64,000 bases of DNA from Chamaesiphon sp. (lineage in GTDB: Bacteria; Cyanobacteriota; Cyanobacteriia; Cyanobacteriales; Chamaesiphonaceae), in assembly GCA_965246715.1 (NCBI GenBank), contig CBDFFH010000055.1, forward strand, positions 32,001 through 96,000, read 5' to 3'. Below the pieces are notes generated by a model. The model ran no database searches. It saw only the letters and a program-made list of their open reading frames with translations, and was not told the DNA's origin. Position 1 is the first letter of the stretch. The number at the start of each line of letters is the position of its first letter. Shown here piece by piece: positions 45,996 through 56,384 of the stretch. Both the position numbers and the translations under genes were made by a program.

Positions 45996-47960
45996 GTGAG
46001 CAAACGTAACCAGATTATTACCAATATCGTCATGGGTAGCGCCGTTACAGCAATGTCTGTAACTACTGCTAGTGCAGCCACACAGCCAACACAACCCACA
46101 CCCCAAGCTCCCAGCAGCAATTTACTCGCCCAAGCAAAACCGCCATCCACTCAACCCCTCGTCCCCAACCCCAAAATTACGATCGACGGAACTACTCCTC
46201 CAGGAGTTGGCTTGGCAACCCCCACGATGCCCCGTGCTGTGGCTCCCCCAGTCGGTGATATCAGTGTCTCCAACATGAATGGTTCCGCCCCCCAAATTCT
46301 TATAGAGTCCAAAAAGCTTTACAGCATAACGGCCACTCAATCTGCACGGGAAATTCTGAGACAAATAGCTTTTGAAGCAAATCTCAATGTAGTTGATACT
46401 GATAATCTGACTAGTGACGCGAAGGGCACATTGACACCTGATAAAATTATAACCGTCAGATTTCGGAACGAACCAATTCAGAATGTCTTCAACAGCGTCC
46501 TTCAACTCAGTGGTCTAGAAGCAAGCCGGAGCGGAAACGTCATCTTCGTCAGTAGCAAATTACCCGAAGCTGCGAAGGAAACTGTCATCCGTACCCTCCG
46601 GCTGAATCAAATACCTGCTCTTGCTGCTTCTAATTTCCTTGCCGTCAATGGTGCAGAAGCATTAACTACCATCATCAAAGAAGGTAGACCCGAACTTTAT
46701 CCACTTAAAGCACCCGAAGGCCAAGGGGTACTGGTGCTCAGAGGGTTGAGTATTAGTACGGATGAACGACTAAATTCCATTACTCTGGTTGGCTCTCCCA
46801 TCAAGGTAGAAATGGCATCTAACATGCTCACCCGTCTAGATGCGCGTCGTCGTCAAGTTGCCATCAATGTCAAAATCGTTGATGTCAATCTCTCCAATGC
46901 CAACAGTATGAGCACCAGCTTATCATTTGGTACTGGCAATGGTTTTTTCTCTGCCGATAAAGGTGCCGCAGTCTACAACTATGGCGGATACAATCCCCCT
47001 AGCAATAGTACGGTTCTCAACAGTACGACAACTCCACCTGTTGGTGCGCTAAATTTACCAGGTGGTTCTACGCCATTCCTGGATTATTCACCCAATGCTA
47101 GTTTGAGCAATCAAGCTGCTGGTAATAGTGCTGGATTGGGTACCACTGCGGGAGGATCGCCACAAGCTCGTCCCAACCTTGGCACGACGGATAATCCATA
47201 TCAGCCAGGGTACACTTCATATACGCCTGGTACTGCTGCTACTGCTGGCACACCAGCAGTATTTAACCCCGTTACTGGCGCACTTATTAGTTCTGCAATA
47301 CCAGGGACTGCTGGTACTCCGGCTACATATACTTCCGCATTACCGACTAATTTCCAATTCCCGACGAAGTTGCTCGCTACTCTACAAGCTCAGATTATCA
47401 GTGGCAATGGGAAGATCTTGACCGATCCTACTCTAGTGGTTCAAGAAGGTCAAAAGTCTACTGTGAACTTGACACAAGAGGTATTTGCTGGATTTAAAAT
47501 CAACTCTGTTGCGGGTACCGGGGCAGTTACTAGTACAAGAGAGCCAATTCTCAAACAAGCAGGTTTGATCGTCGATCTGACTGTCAACCGGATCGATGAT
47601 AATGGCTTTATAGCAGTATCTGTTTCGCCGACTGTCTCGTCGATCGGTAGTACTATTACTACTGCAGATGGTGACATTGCTCTGTTACAATCGCGGACGA
47701 TCAATTCGGGAGAAATTCGCTTACGTGACGGTCAGACACTAATTTTATCTGGGATCATCCAAGAATCCGATCGCACCAGCGTTACTAAGGTACCGATTTT
47801 AGGCGATATTCCGATTTTGGGTGCTTTATTCCGTAGCACTAACAAATCTAATCAACGTCAAGAAGTAGTCGTTCTCCTCACGCCACAAATCCTCAACGAT
47901 GGCCGAGGTCAGGTTAATTATACGCCTGGTGTTGATGCCAGAATGATGATTGGCAAGTAA
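45996..47960 (+). CDS. pilQ: Type IV pilus secretin PilQ
   Basis: Secretin C-domain: LRDGQTLILSGII, KVPILGDIPILGALFRS, VVLLTPQI. Confidence 0.93.
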   Translation: MSKRNQIITNIVMGSAVTAMSVTTASAATQPTQPTPQAPSSNLLAQAKPPSTQPLVPNPKITIDGTTPPGVGLATPTMPRAVAPPVGDISVSNMNGSAPQILIESKKLYSITATQSAREILRQIAFEANLNVVDTDNLTSDAKGTLTPDKIITVRFRNEPIQNVFNSVLQLSGLEASRSGNVIFVSSKLPEAAKETVIRTLRLNQIPALAASNFLAVNGAEALTTIIKEGRPELYPLKAPEGQGVLVLRGLSISTDERLNSITLVGSPIKVEMASNMLTRLDARRRQVAINVKIVDVNLSNANSMSTSLSFGTGNGFFSADKGAAVYNYGGYNPPSNSTVLNSTTTPPVGALNLPGGSTPFLDYSPNASLSNQAAGNSAGLGTTAGGSPQARPNLGTTDNPYQPGYTSYTPGTAATAGTPAVFNPVTGALISSAIPGTAGTPATYTSALPTNFQFPTKLLATLQAQIISGNGKILTDPTLVVQEGQKSTVNLTQEVFAGFKINSVAGTGAVTSTREPILKQAGLIVDLTVNRIDDNGFIAVSVSPTVSSIGSTITTADGDIALLQSRTINSGEIRLRDGQTLILSGIIQESDRTSVTKVPILGDIPILGALFRSTNKSNQRQEVVVLLTPQILNDGRGQVNYTPGVDARMMIGK

Positions 47961-48458
47961 ATAAGTGTCGAGGGGCTAATAAGCTAACTCAGGGGTCTGG
48001 AGTTTGAGTAATGGTAAGTTTAGAGCGATCGCACTCTATCTCAGCCAAATCATCACTCCCGATCCCGGTTTTTACGGATATTTCACATAAATAATACGCA
48101 AAATAATGAAAGTCAACATAAATTAAAGCTTTCAGCGATCCAGATTGGGCTTGTAGACATTAGAATAATGCAGTGGAAGTAATATCGCGTGAGAGTTTCA
48201 GTAACTTTACGGCGGGTTGGACTATCGATCGCTGAATGTGACAACGATCGATTTAGCGTCAGTAGGCGTGTAAGCTGTGAGAATGGCATCCATGGGTACG
48301 ATACGCGATTCTCTCGATCGAGAGGCTCCGTAAACTCGTCCCCACACCGTCTCCTCGCCGATAGTCCGACCTCATGTTTCACGAACGATCGGTACATCCA
48401 GATCTCAATCGTGAGATCGTACTACCCTCATAACAACATCATCAACGGAGATCTACAC

Positions 48459-48740
48459 ATGAATAAAGGTGAATTAGTCGATCGAGTAGCTGAAACAGCT
48501 AGCGTGACCAAAAAGCAAGCTGATACAGTTTTGTCAGCAGCATTGGAAGCGATTATGGAAGCTGTATCGAATGGTGACAAGGTTACACTTGTGGGCTTTG
48601 GGTCGTTTGAACCTAGAAACCGCCAAAAACGTGAAGGTCGCAACCCTAGAACTGGCGAGAAAATGGAAATTCCCGCAACTAAGGTGCCTGCCTTCTCCGC
48701 AGGTAAATTGTTTAAGGACAAAGTTTCTGCTGACGACTAA
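48459..48740 (+). CDS. hup: DNA-binding protein HU
   Basis: MNKGELVD...VTLVGFGSFE..R..REGRNPRTGE; GGAG RBS; start reassigned to 48459. Confidence 0.97.
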   Translation: MNKGELVDRVAETASVTKKQADTVLSAALEAIMEAVSNGDKVTLVGFGSFEPRNRQKREGRNPRTGEKMEIPATKVPAFSAGKLFKDKVSADD

Positions 48741-48772
48741 TTTTTAGCTGGACTTAACCCCGGAAATATTCC

Positions 48773-49846
48773 GTGAATCGACCAAAACATGGGGGGAACC
48801 CGGCTTGGGCAGCTACCGTAGCGGGCTGTCCCCCCTCTCTCATTCTAGATTTTTCAGCGAGCATCAGTCCGTTAGGCCCGCCGCCTACGGCGCTCGCTGC
48901 AATTAAGCTGCATTTAGATACGATCGCTGATTATCCCAATCCAGATTATCCCGAACTCACTCAGGCGATCGCGGCGCATCACCAGATCGATCCTGAGTGG
49001 GTATTACCAGGCAATGGCGCGGCTGAATTATTAACTTGGGCTGCGTGGGAATTTTCGAAACTCAACTCGACATTGTTGCCCACGCCTGCTTTTGGTGATT
49101 ACTGGCGCTCTTTGCAAACTTTTGTTACCCGAGTTATTCCCAGATCGCTCATGATGGATGATGGTGAAATTGGCGATCTCGATTTTGCCTTACGCCACTT
49201 ACCGAGTGCGATTCCCCATTCATTGGGCTTATTAATCAACAATCCGCACAACCCCACCGGACAAATCTGGCGACAGGAGACACTACTGTCCTATTTGTCC
49301 GCATTCGATCTAGTTGTGGTTGATGAGTCCTTCATGGACTTTCTACTACCCACAGCGCAGCAAAGTCTAATTCCGCTAATCGATCGCTATCCGAATCTGG
49401 TTGTCTTACGATCGCTGACGAAATTTTATAGCCTGCCGGGATTGCGATTGGGCTACTGTATCGCGCATCCCGATCGGTTGCGCCGCTGGCAAAGTTGGCG
49501 CGATCCTTGGCCTGTCAATTCTCTCGCTGCCGCAGCGGCGATCGCCGTGCTCAGCGATACCGAGTTTCAGCAACTGACTTGGGATTGGCTCCCCCCAGCT
49601 GCCGATCGCTTATTTACCGGACTCAGCCAGATCGATGGCTTACATCCCTATCCTGGCGCAGCCAATTTTCTACTCGTCAAATCCGATCGCTCTTGTCTCG
49701 ATCTTCAAACCCAACTGCTCAAACACCACCACATCTCGATTCGCGACTGTATGAGTTTTCCCGAACTCGGCGATCGCTTTTTCCGGGTTGCTGTCCGCAC
49801 GATCGCCGAAAACGATCGGCTAGTAGCAGCATTAAACTCGATCTAA
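48773..49846 (+). CDS. cobD: Threonine-phosphate decarboxylase
   Basis: HGGN, DFSASISPLG, NNPHNPTG, RSLTKFYSLPGLRLGY (PLP Lys). Confidence 0.9.
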   Translation: MNRPKHGGNPAWAATVAGCPPSLILDFSASISPLGPPPTALAAIKLHLDTIADYPNPDYPELTQAIAAHHQIDPEWVLPGNGAAELLTWAAWEFSKLNSTLLPTPAFGDYWRSLQTFVTRVIPRSLMMDDGEIGDLDFALRHLPSAIPHSLGLLINNPHNPTGQIWRQETLLSYLSAFDLVVVDESFMDFLLPTAQQSLIPLIDRYPNLVVLRSLTKFYSLPGLRLGYCIAHPDRLRRWQSWRDPWPVNSLAAAAAIAVLSDTEFQQLTWDWLPPAADRLFTGLSQIDGLHPYPGAANFLLVKSDRSCLDLQTQLLKHHHISIRDCMSFPELGDRFFRVAVRTIAENDRLVAALNSI

Positions 49847-49907
49847 AATCTTCGATTAGGTTTAGCGATTGTAGTTTCAGGTCGATCGAATTTGTAGATA
49901 CGATGAT

Positions 49908-49936
49908 ATCCCCGACTTTTTGAAAAAGTCGGGGAT
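49908..49936. repeat. Palindromic dispersed repeat, same family as 12092-12125
   Basis: atccccgactttt-tga-aaaagtcggggat between convergent cobD and ssb. Confidence 0.75.
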
Positions 49937-50028
49937 GTGCGATCGCGATTGCTGATGAAGACACGTAAATTAGAGGATAGAGATCGCCGCAACTCAACTG
50001 TTCGATCGAATAAGCTATCCACTAATCC

Positions 50029-50382
50029 CTACATATAATCTGGCACTGCCTCAGCAGCATCTTTCTTCGAGCCGAGGAGATCGAGACTATCTACCTTGAT
50101 GACTGGGCGAGAGCGACTGGTACCAGTTGCTTTATCGACCCAAGTTTCGATTTCGAGTGAGCCTTTAATCCCGATTTGACTGCCCTTTTTGGCATAATTT
50201 TTAGCTATTTCACCAGTTTTACCCCAGATTTTGAGATTGAACCAGTCAGGTTGCTCCTGATTTTTGCTACGACGATTGACGGCGAGGGTGAGGGTACAGA
50301 CACATTTACCAGAACCCTCAAACCATTTGAGTTCTGGATCGCCACCGACTCTCCCCACCAAGTGGACAACATTAAGACTCAT
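50029..50382 (-). CDS. ssb: Single-stranded DNA-binding protein
   Basis: LNVVHLVGRVGGDPE, LAVNR, DWFNLKIWGKT OB-fold. Confidence 0.95.
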   Translation of the reverse strand: MSLNVVHLVGRVGGDPELKWFEGSGKCVCTLTLAVNRRSKNQEQPDWFNLKIWGKTGEIAKNYAKKGSQIGIKGSLEIETWVDKATGTSRSRPVIKVDSLDLLGSKKDAAEAVPDYM

Positions 50383-50490
50383 TGTATAATAGTAGTTATG
50401 TACTTTGGTATTATTGTAACTTAAAAGCGCGATCGAGTTACGTCAGACTCTGCACAACTTATTAGATTTCCGGAACGCAAAGAGACTTCG

Positions 50491-52476
50491 CTAAGTATTC
50501 ATGCTGAAGGGCGATCGGACAGCTTCCCATACTTTAATGCTTCGATCCCAGCTCGCCGAAATAAAATTGGTACCGCTAGGTTGAAAGACGATCGATTTAA
50601 CCGCACTTTGATGGGCTAAGAAACTAGCAACTAATTTTTGCGTATTGGCATCCCAGAGGCAGATCGTCCCATCGATCGAACCCGAAGCGATCGTTTGACC
50701 ATCGGCACTAATTGCGACCGTCAGTACGGCATCCTGATGTCCCTCAAAGACATGCTGGATATTTGTGCCTAATTGTCGCACTTGCACCGATCGATCGCTA
50801 CTACCACTGACGATCGTATGGCCGTCGCGACTGACGGCTAGGGCGTGAATCTTTTGCTCGTGAGCCTCGATCGTTTTGAGTAATTGGTTGCGTTCGAGAT
50901 CCCAAAAGCGGATCGTGCGATCGGCACCAGCGCTAATTAAGATTTTACCATTGGGCATAAACTGTACCGCTGTCACCGCATCTTGATGCCCGTCAAGCGT
51001 ATAGATAATTTTGCCACTATCGGTATTCCACAACCGAATTTTGCGATCGGCACCACCGCTGGCTAAGATCTTGCCGTCGGGGCTAAACCGCACGGTATAG
51101 ACAAAGCCAGTATGACTATCTAAAGTACTAAAATCTCCATGCAATTCTTGGCAAGAATTTCCGATCGATTCTTTACGTCGTAGTTGAACTTTGCGATCCT
51201 TGTCGCCGCTAGCAATCTGACTGAGATTTGGACTCGCCGCCACCGCCCATACCGAATTATTAGTGCGATAAGTCGCGATCGGTTGTTGGGGCATATCTAA
51301 GTTCCAAACTGCCACAGTCCCGCCATCATCACCACTAACTAGGTATTTCCCATCGAGAAACAAATCGATCTCATTAATCGGTTTACTATGCCACTCAAAT
51401 GTATAAGTACACGCCCATTCGCGAGTGCTCTGAGTGACAACGGGTTCGGGATCGATCTTACTTGAAATTTCTGCTGTCGGTGGCGAACTAATTGCGGGAA
51501 TAGTAACTACCGATCCTGGTAAATTTTGCGTAGCTAAGCCATTTTGTAATTGGGCGATTACCTCTAGGGCTGTGCCGTAGCGATCGCCAGGTTTATGTTG
51601 AATTAATTTATCTAATATTGCTGCGAGGTTTGGTTCGATCGATTGTGATAAATAATTACGCCACGCCCATTCACCACTATTGTCATCGATCAGGGCAAAT
51701 GGTGAAACTCCAGTGAGTAAATGAACGCAGGTGACACCCAAACTATAGAGATCGCTGGCGGGAAATGCTTTACCCCAGCCCTGTTCTGGAGCCATAAATT
51801 CGGGCGTGCCGATTGTCGTTCCTTGCAGTTGCGATCGATCCGGAGTCGTCACTTTGGCAGCACCAAAATCTACTAAAAATAACCGGCGATTATCGGTGCG
51901 CCGCATGATATTTTCTGGTTTGATGTCGCGATGGATATAACCTAATTTGTGAATATAATCTAAAACTGGTAACAGTGTTAATAATAATTCGCGGATCTGT
52001 GCTGACGAAAATACTCCATTCGTCTCTAATTCACCTTTGAGATTTTGCCCATCGATAAATTCTTGAACTAGATAGAGGCGACGATCGGGAGTGATAAAAT
52101 AAGCCAGTAATTTAGGAATCGATGGATTGTCTAATTGCTCTAATGCACTTGCTTCTTGGGTAAATAATTCAGCCGCTTTGGTAGCTGCGGTTGAGCCTTC
52201 CATCTGCGGCAAAAATTGCTTGATAACGCAAAAAGGCTTGGCTGGCTTATCTTCATCGATCGCTTTAAATGTCCGCCCAAAGCCACCCTGCCCGATCGGT
52301 TGAATCGCTAAATAGCGATCGCGCAATCTCAGTATCCCGCCACAGCTGCGACAAAAGTTACTCTGAGGCGGATTTTGCGGATGCAGGCAACCAGGATTGA
52401 GACAGTAACTCACGCGCGGGGAGATAGGAGGAGGGGTAGGATCGACAATATTGAAGGGGCGATCGATTGCGTACAA
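50491..52476 (-). CDS. Ser/Thr protein kinase with 4-Cys prefix and C-terminal WD40 repeats
   Basis: YCLNPGC..C..CG, IGQGGFG, IHRDIKPEN, DFG, seven-blade-like WD40. True start may be GTG 52413. Confidence 0.95.
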   Translation of the reverse strand: MYAIDRPFNIVDPTPPPISPRVSYCLNPGCLHPQNPPQSNFCRSCGGILRLRDRYLAIQPIGQGGFGRTFKAIDEDKPAKPFCVIKQFLPQMEGSTAATKAAELFTQEASALEQLDNPSIPKLLAYFITPDRRLYLVQEFIDGQNLKGELETNGVFSSAQIRELLLTLLPVLDYIHKLGYIHRDIKPENIMRRTDNRRLFLVDFGAAKVTTPDRSQLQGTTIGTPEFMAPEQGWGKAFPASDLYSLGVTCVHLLTGVSPFALIDDNSGEWAWRNYLSQSIEPNLAAILDKLIQHKPGDRYGTALEVIAQLQNGLATQNLPGSVVTIPAISSPPTAEISSKIDPEPVVTQSTREWACTYTFEWHSKPINEIDLFLDGKYLVSGDDGGTVAVWNLDMPQQPIATYRTNNSVWAVAASPNLSQIASGDKDRKVQLRRKESIGNSCQELHGDFSTLDSHTGFVYTVRFSPDGKILASGGADRKIRLWNTDSGKIIYTLDGHQDAVTAVQFMPNGKILISAGADRTIRFWDLERNQLLKTIEAHEQKIHALAVSRDGHTIVSGSSDRSVQVRQLGTNIQHVFEGHQDAVLTVAISADGQTIASGSIDGTICLWDANTQKLVASFLAHQSAVKSIVFQPSGTNFISASWDRSIKVWEAVRSPFSMNT

Positions 52477-52511
52477 ATATCTAAGGAAGTTCGATTTTCC
52501 ACTAGATTGCC

Positions 52512-53117
52512 TTAACCTAGCTTAGATGCAGCAAAGATTTTTTGCCACCATAGATACAGTGGATAATAAATAATTGGCATCCATAATCCGCTCAAGATCG
52601 AGGCCACTAGCATAACTGAGGACTGATTGGCCCACAAGTAGTTCAGACTCTCAAGGCTGACTTCAGGAGAGTGACCGATCGCCGTTTGTAACAGATACTG
52701 CGCTCCCATCACGATTTCGGCAACTAGCGTCAGTAAAGCCGTTACGAGCGCCACGGGGAAGATCGTATCATCGACATAGCGGTGCTTGTGCAACCAAAAT
52801 GCCAGTACGGATACAGTTGTCAGACTCAGGACGTGGGTTGGAATACTGCCTAGAGTTGTTGCGGAGGGAAATGTCATCGCATCTTGAATTAGACCGAGGA
52901 CGATCCCCGCTGTGGCTGCGTGCCAGAGCGATCGCTGTAGACTCCACGCGATCGTCCACATTACCAACCAACTCGGGCCGACTCCCAAAATTTCCATCCC
53001 CGGAAACCGAGTCGGAGAGAGCATCAAACATAGACCTACCGAGCCAACGATCGCCAGAACGTTGAGTCCATTCCGCGCGAACGGATGTAAATTAGCAATA
53101 TTCATCGCATCATACAC
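52512..53117 (-). CDS. mreD: Rod shape-determining protein MreD
   Basis: Polytopic membrane protein, GLIQDAMT; downstream of mreC. Confidence 0.88.
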   Translation of the reverse strand: MYDAMNIANLHPFARNGLNVLAIVGSVGLCLMLSPTRFPGMEILGVGPSWLVMWTIAWSLQRSLWHAATAGIVLGLIQDAMTFPSATTLGSIPTHVLSLTTVSVLAFWLHKHRYVDDTIFPVALVTALLTLVAEIVMGAQYLLQTAIGHSPEVSLESLNYLWANQSSVMLVASILSGLWMPIIYYPLYLWWQKIFAASKLG

Positions 53118-53173
53118 AATTATAAACGATCGATGCCGATGGGATCGGCATGTTTAGAGTGCGACCAACCTGG

Positions 53174-53989
53174 CTAGCGGATGTTCGATCCGGGTTTAGT
53201 CCCTTTCTCGGGAACTACTGGTGGCACGGTTGGTGGTTCGGCTACGGCATGGGGATTGTGGGGATGAACGGTGACCCATTCTAGATAACCTAGTGGGGCG
53301 GTAAATTCAACGATCGCCTCTGGAGCGGGAGATTTATTTAGATTGGTTTCGACGACTCGACCGACGGCTAAGCCTGTGGGAAATAACTGACTGACAGCAG
53401 AAGTCGCAATGATGTCGCCTTTTTTCACTGTCGGGCGTTTATCAAAAAACTGCAACACGGCTTGATTTGCTCTAGTGCCTTGGAGGATGCCCATATTGCG
53501 CGTTCTACTGACTAGCACGCCGATCCGACTATTTGGATCGCTCACTAATAATACGCGACTGGTATGCGGCGAAACACTAACGATCCGACCAACAACTCCA
53601 CCGATCCCAACAACGATATGATCCACAGCGATCCCGTCGGCACTACCCCTACCGATCGTTACTTGTTGCCACCAATTATCCGCACTCCGCAGCACGATCG
53701 GTGCTAATACACCTTTTGTCGGTACTGCCGCGCTATAGCTGCCGAGTTGTTTGAGTTGTTGGTTTTGATTTTTCAACTCTTGCAACTCATTTTGCAACTG
53801 TTCCACTTGCGCGTTTTTGAGCGAATCTGCCTGTCCGGTTTTGGGCTGAAATGTTTGAGATAGAGCGTTGTAAGCTTCAAATACCAAAGCATTTTGAGTT
53901 TGCAGCAAGAAATAAGTACCACAGATGACAGTCCCAAATCCTGCTAATTTTAGGGCATTCTTATCCCACCAGCGGCGCAAAGTAAACAT
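53174..53989 (-). CDS. mreC: Rod shape-determining protein MreC
   Basis: TM, coiled coil, WWQQVTIGRGSADGI, GVVGRI, SRVLLVSD. Confidence 0.93.
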   Translation of the reverse strand: MFTLRRWWDKNALKLAGFGTVICGTYFLLQTQNALVFEAYNALSQTFQPKTGQADSLKNAQVEQLQNELQELKNQNQQLKQLGSYSAAVPTKGVLAPIVLRSADNWWQQVTIGRGSADGIAVDHIVVGIGGVVGRIVSVSPHTSRVLLVSDPNSRIGVLVSRTRNMGILQGTRANQAVLQFFDKRPTVKKGDIIATSAVSQLFPTGLAVGRVVETNLNKSPAPEAIVEFTAPLGYLEWVTVHPHNPHAVAEPPTVPPVVPEKGTKPGSNIR

Positions 53990-53992
53990 AGT

Positions 53993-54021
53993 CAGTTATC
54001 AGTTATTAGTTACCAGTTACC
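53993..54021 (+). repeat. Heptamer tandem repeat (CAGTTAY)n, STRR-like
   Basis: cagttatcagttattagttaccagttacc just upstream of mreC. Confidence 0.7.
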
Positions 54022-54401
54022 AAAAAATTGTTTGTCAGACTGACTGACGTTTGTTTCGATCGGATGGATGATAATTCACCAGATCGCATAGCGAAGGTGG
54101 TCGATCTCCGAGAGTTCCTCAGCTGGAGACCATGCCACTTCCTTGCACCGCTTCTTACGTCAGGTTTCTTGACGTTGGCGTAGCCTCGCCGCTCTCAGAG
54201 AAGAGAAGGAGTTACGCGCACCGCTAGATCTCCCTGTAAAAAGCGCACCCAGCAGAAGGACTAAAATTCTTGTTCTTAGCCCCCCTTTTTGAGGATGCTG
54301 TCTACACAAGTTTGGTTAGCTTCGGTTTGAGATCCGAATCCCCCAACTTTACACCGCTCTAAGATCTATAAATCGCTCACCATTGGCATAGAGTAGGCGA
54401 T

Positions 54402-55445
54402 CTACAGACTGCGGGAGCGCCCGCTGAATACCCGTTCTAACTGCTTGAAGTTTTCGAGCACTTTACCAGTGCCGAGTACGACACAAGTGAGCGGATCGTT
54501 AGCGATGTGAGTAACGATCCCAGTTTCGTGACTGATCAACGTATCGATGCCCCGCAGGAGTGCGCCGCCGCCAGCCAGCATGATGCCCCGATCGATAATA
54601 TCGGAAGCCAATTCTGGTGGAGTGCGTTCGAGCGTCCGCTTCACCGCTTCGATAATTACCGATAGCGGTTCGGACATACTTTCGCGGATTTCTGGCCCTT
54701 TGATCGTTACCGTCCGAGGTAAGCCAGAGAGCAAATGCAAGCCTCTAACTTCCATCGTGATGTCGTTATCTTCTGGTGTGGGATAAGCCGAACCGACTTG
54801 GATTTTGATCTCTTCTGCCGTCCGTTCCCCGATCGTCAGGTTATGAACTTTCTTCATATAATTGACGATCGAGTCGCTCAATTCATCCCCAGCAATCCGC
54901 ACCGATTCGCTGATTACCGAACCTTGTAAGCTCAAGACGGCAACTTCTGTCGTCCCGCCGCCGATATCGATAATCATGTTACCAGTCGGTTCGGAGACAG
55001 GTAAACCTGCACCGATGGCTGCTGCAACAGGTTCGTCGATCAGGAATACTTCACTAGCTCCTGCTTGGAGAGCTGCATCCATCACCGCACGGCGTTCTAC
55101 CGCAGTTACGCCACTGGGAATCCCAATGACGAGCCGAGGTCTGATCACGTTACTCCCTTCGTTAGCACGTTGAATAAAGTGCTTCAACATGATTTCAGCG
55201 GTATCAAAATCGGCGATCACACCATCGCGGAGGGGGCGCAGCGCAATTACATCGCCAGGGGTTCTCCCTAGCATTTTTTTTGCTTCCGCACCGACAGCCA
55301 GCGGCATTTTAGTCTTTTGGTCGATCGCCACCACTGAAGGTTCTGCTAAAACAATGCCTTTGCCAGATACATAGACCAATGTATTGGCAGTTCCCAGGTC
55401 CATACCCATATCCCTGGATAAGGAAAAGCGATTGAAAAAACCCAC
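54402..55445 (-). CDS. mreB: Rod shape-determining protein MreB
   Basis: DLGTANT, DIGGGTT, LAGGGALL; probable GTG start at 55445. Confidence 0.98.
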   Translation of the reverse strand: MGFFNRFSLSRDMGMDLGTANTLVYVSGKGIVLAEPSVVAIDQKTKMPLAVGAEAKKMLGRTPGDVIALRPLRDGVIADFDTAEIMLKHFIQRANEGSNVIRPRLVIGIPSGVTAVERRAVMDAALQAGASEVFLIDEPVAAAIGAGLPVSEPTGNMIIDIGGGTTEVAVLSLQGSVISESVRIAGDELSDSIVNYMKKVHNLTIGERTAEEIKIQVGSAYPTPEDNDITMEVRGLHLLSGLPRTVTIKGPEIRESMSEPLSVIIEAVKRTLERTPPELASDIIDRGIMLAGGGALLRGIDTLISHETGIVTHIANDPLTCVVLGTGKVLENFKQLERVFSGRSRSL

Positions 55446-56080
55446 GCGCTTCTGTGCCCCCAAAATTAAGTAAAGATCGATTGAATATTGTAGTCAGCCG
55501 CGATCGATCGATGCAGATTTTACTTATTGTGCCCTTGTCACGATTGTCGATTGCAATCGCTAAGTTCCAATTTTGGGTCTACACGCTCTTAACTTCTGCC
55601 CTACGAGGTGAATCTTATTACTTTTTGCTTCGTTCGTCTAGTCGCGATCGCCCACAAATTAGACTTATTGCTGAGACTCTAGTTTATTGGTGCTCGATCT
55701 CGCCAATTAGCTTGCTCTATGCCCGCTCATTCCCAGATATCATCACCGATCGAGTCGATCGTGTGATAAATTTCTAACTTCTAAAGATTTGATTAAAATC
55801 TACACATTTTGGTTAGATAATGCGCGCTCTCCACCCTGATTTTTGGTAATTGTCTCTAAACAAGATCTTAAAAATATATAAAACCCGATTTTGATGAGTT
55901 CGATCGTAACTAAATATACAAAAGTTCCTAGTATTAAATACATAGCCGCTTGCTTTTTATGAGCGAGTAACTTACTTAATTGACTTGTTAGCCAGCTTCA
56001 GCGCAGGTATAAAACTTCAGCGTAGCTAGGCTCGATCCTCCGTATTACCGAATATTTTTGCGAAAGATCGCTTTAACTAC

Positions 56081-56109
56081 TTGACTCGATCGACGATCTG
56101 GGCTAATAT
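56081..56109 (+). promoter_or_regulatory. Sigma70-type promoter of tRNA-Val
   Basis: TTGACT-17 bp-TAATAT, 21 bp upstream of the tRNA. Confidence 0.65.
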
Positions 56110-56130
56110 CGGAGATGTGCAAAAAATCAG

Positions 56131-56203
56131 GGACAGTTAGCTCAGTTGGTAGAGCTCCTGCCTTACAAGCAGGCTGTCACAGGTTCGAGTCCTGTACTGT
56201 CCA
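56131..56203 (+). tRNA. tRNA-Val(TAC)
   Basis: Cloverleaf: acceptor GGACAGT/ACTGTCC, anticodon arm CCTGC-CTTACAA-GCAGG, T-loop TTCGAGT; CCA not encoded. Confidence 0.97.
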
Positions 56204-56384
56204 TTCTAATTTTAAATATTTATACATCGAGAGTAGAGTCCAGTTATGGTTCTTTACTCTCGATTTAGTTATTTTAGGGTCGATTACGATACCAGGCAAC
56301 CATTGCTGCATCATCGAGCCTCGCAGGTAGCTTACACTGCGCGACTGTCAACCTAGCAAGGTGGATCGCGACGACGATCTCGAT

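Noticed and set aside
42956..47960. Missing pilP in pilMNOQ
   Set aside because: This is the normal arrangement in cyanobacteria.
48189..48458. 90-aa N-terminal extension of HU in the ORF track
   Set aside because: Canonical HU begins MNKGEL at 48459 with its own RBS; the extension is not protein-like.
56170..56203. tRNA 3'-end duplication (attR) marking an island
   Set aside because: No second copy noticed by eye within the window.
55454..56330. ORFs 55454..55777 and 56115..56330
   Set aside because: They overlap the mreB promoter region and the tRNA respectively; likely spurious.
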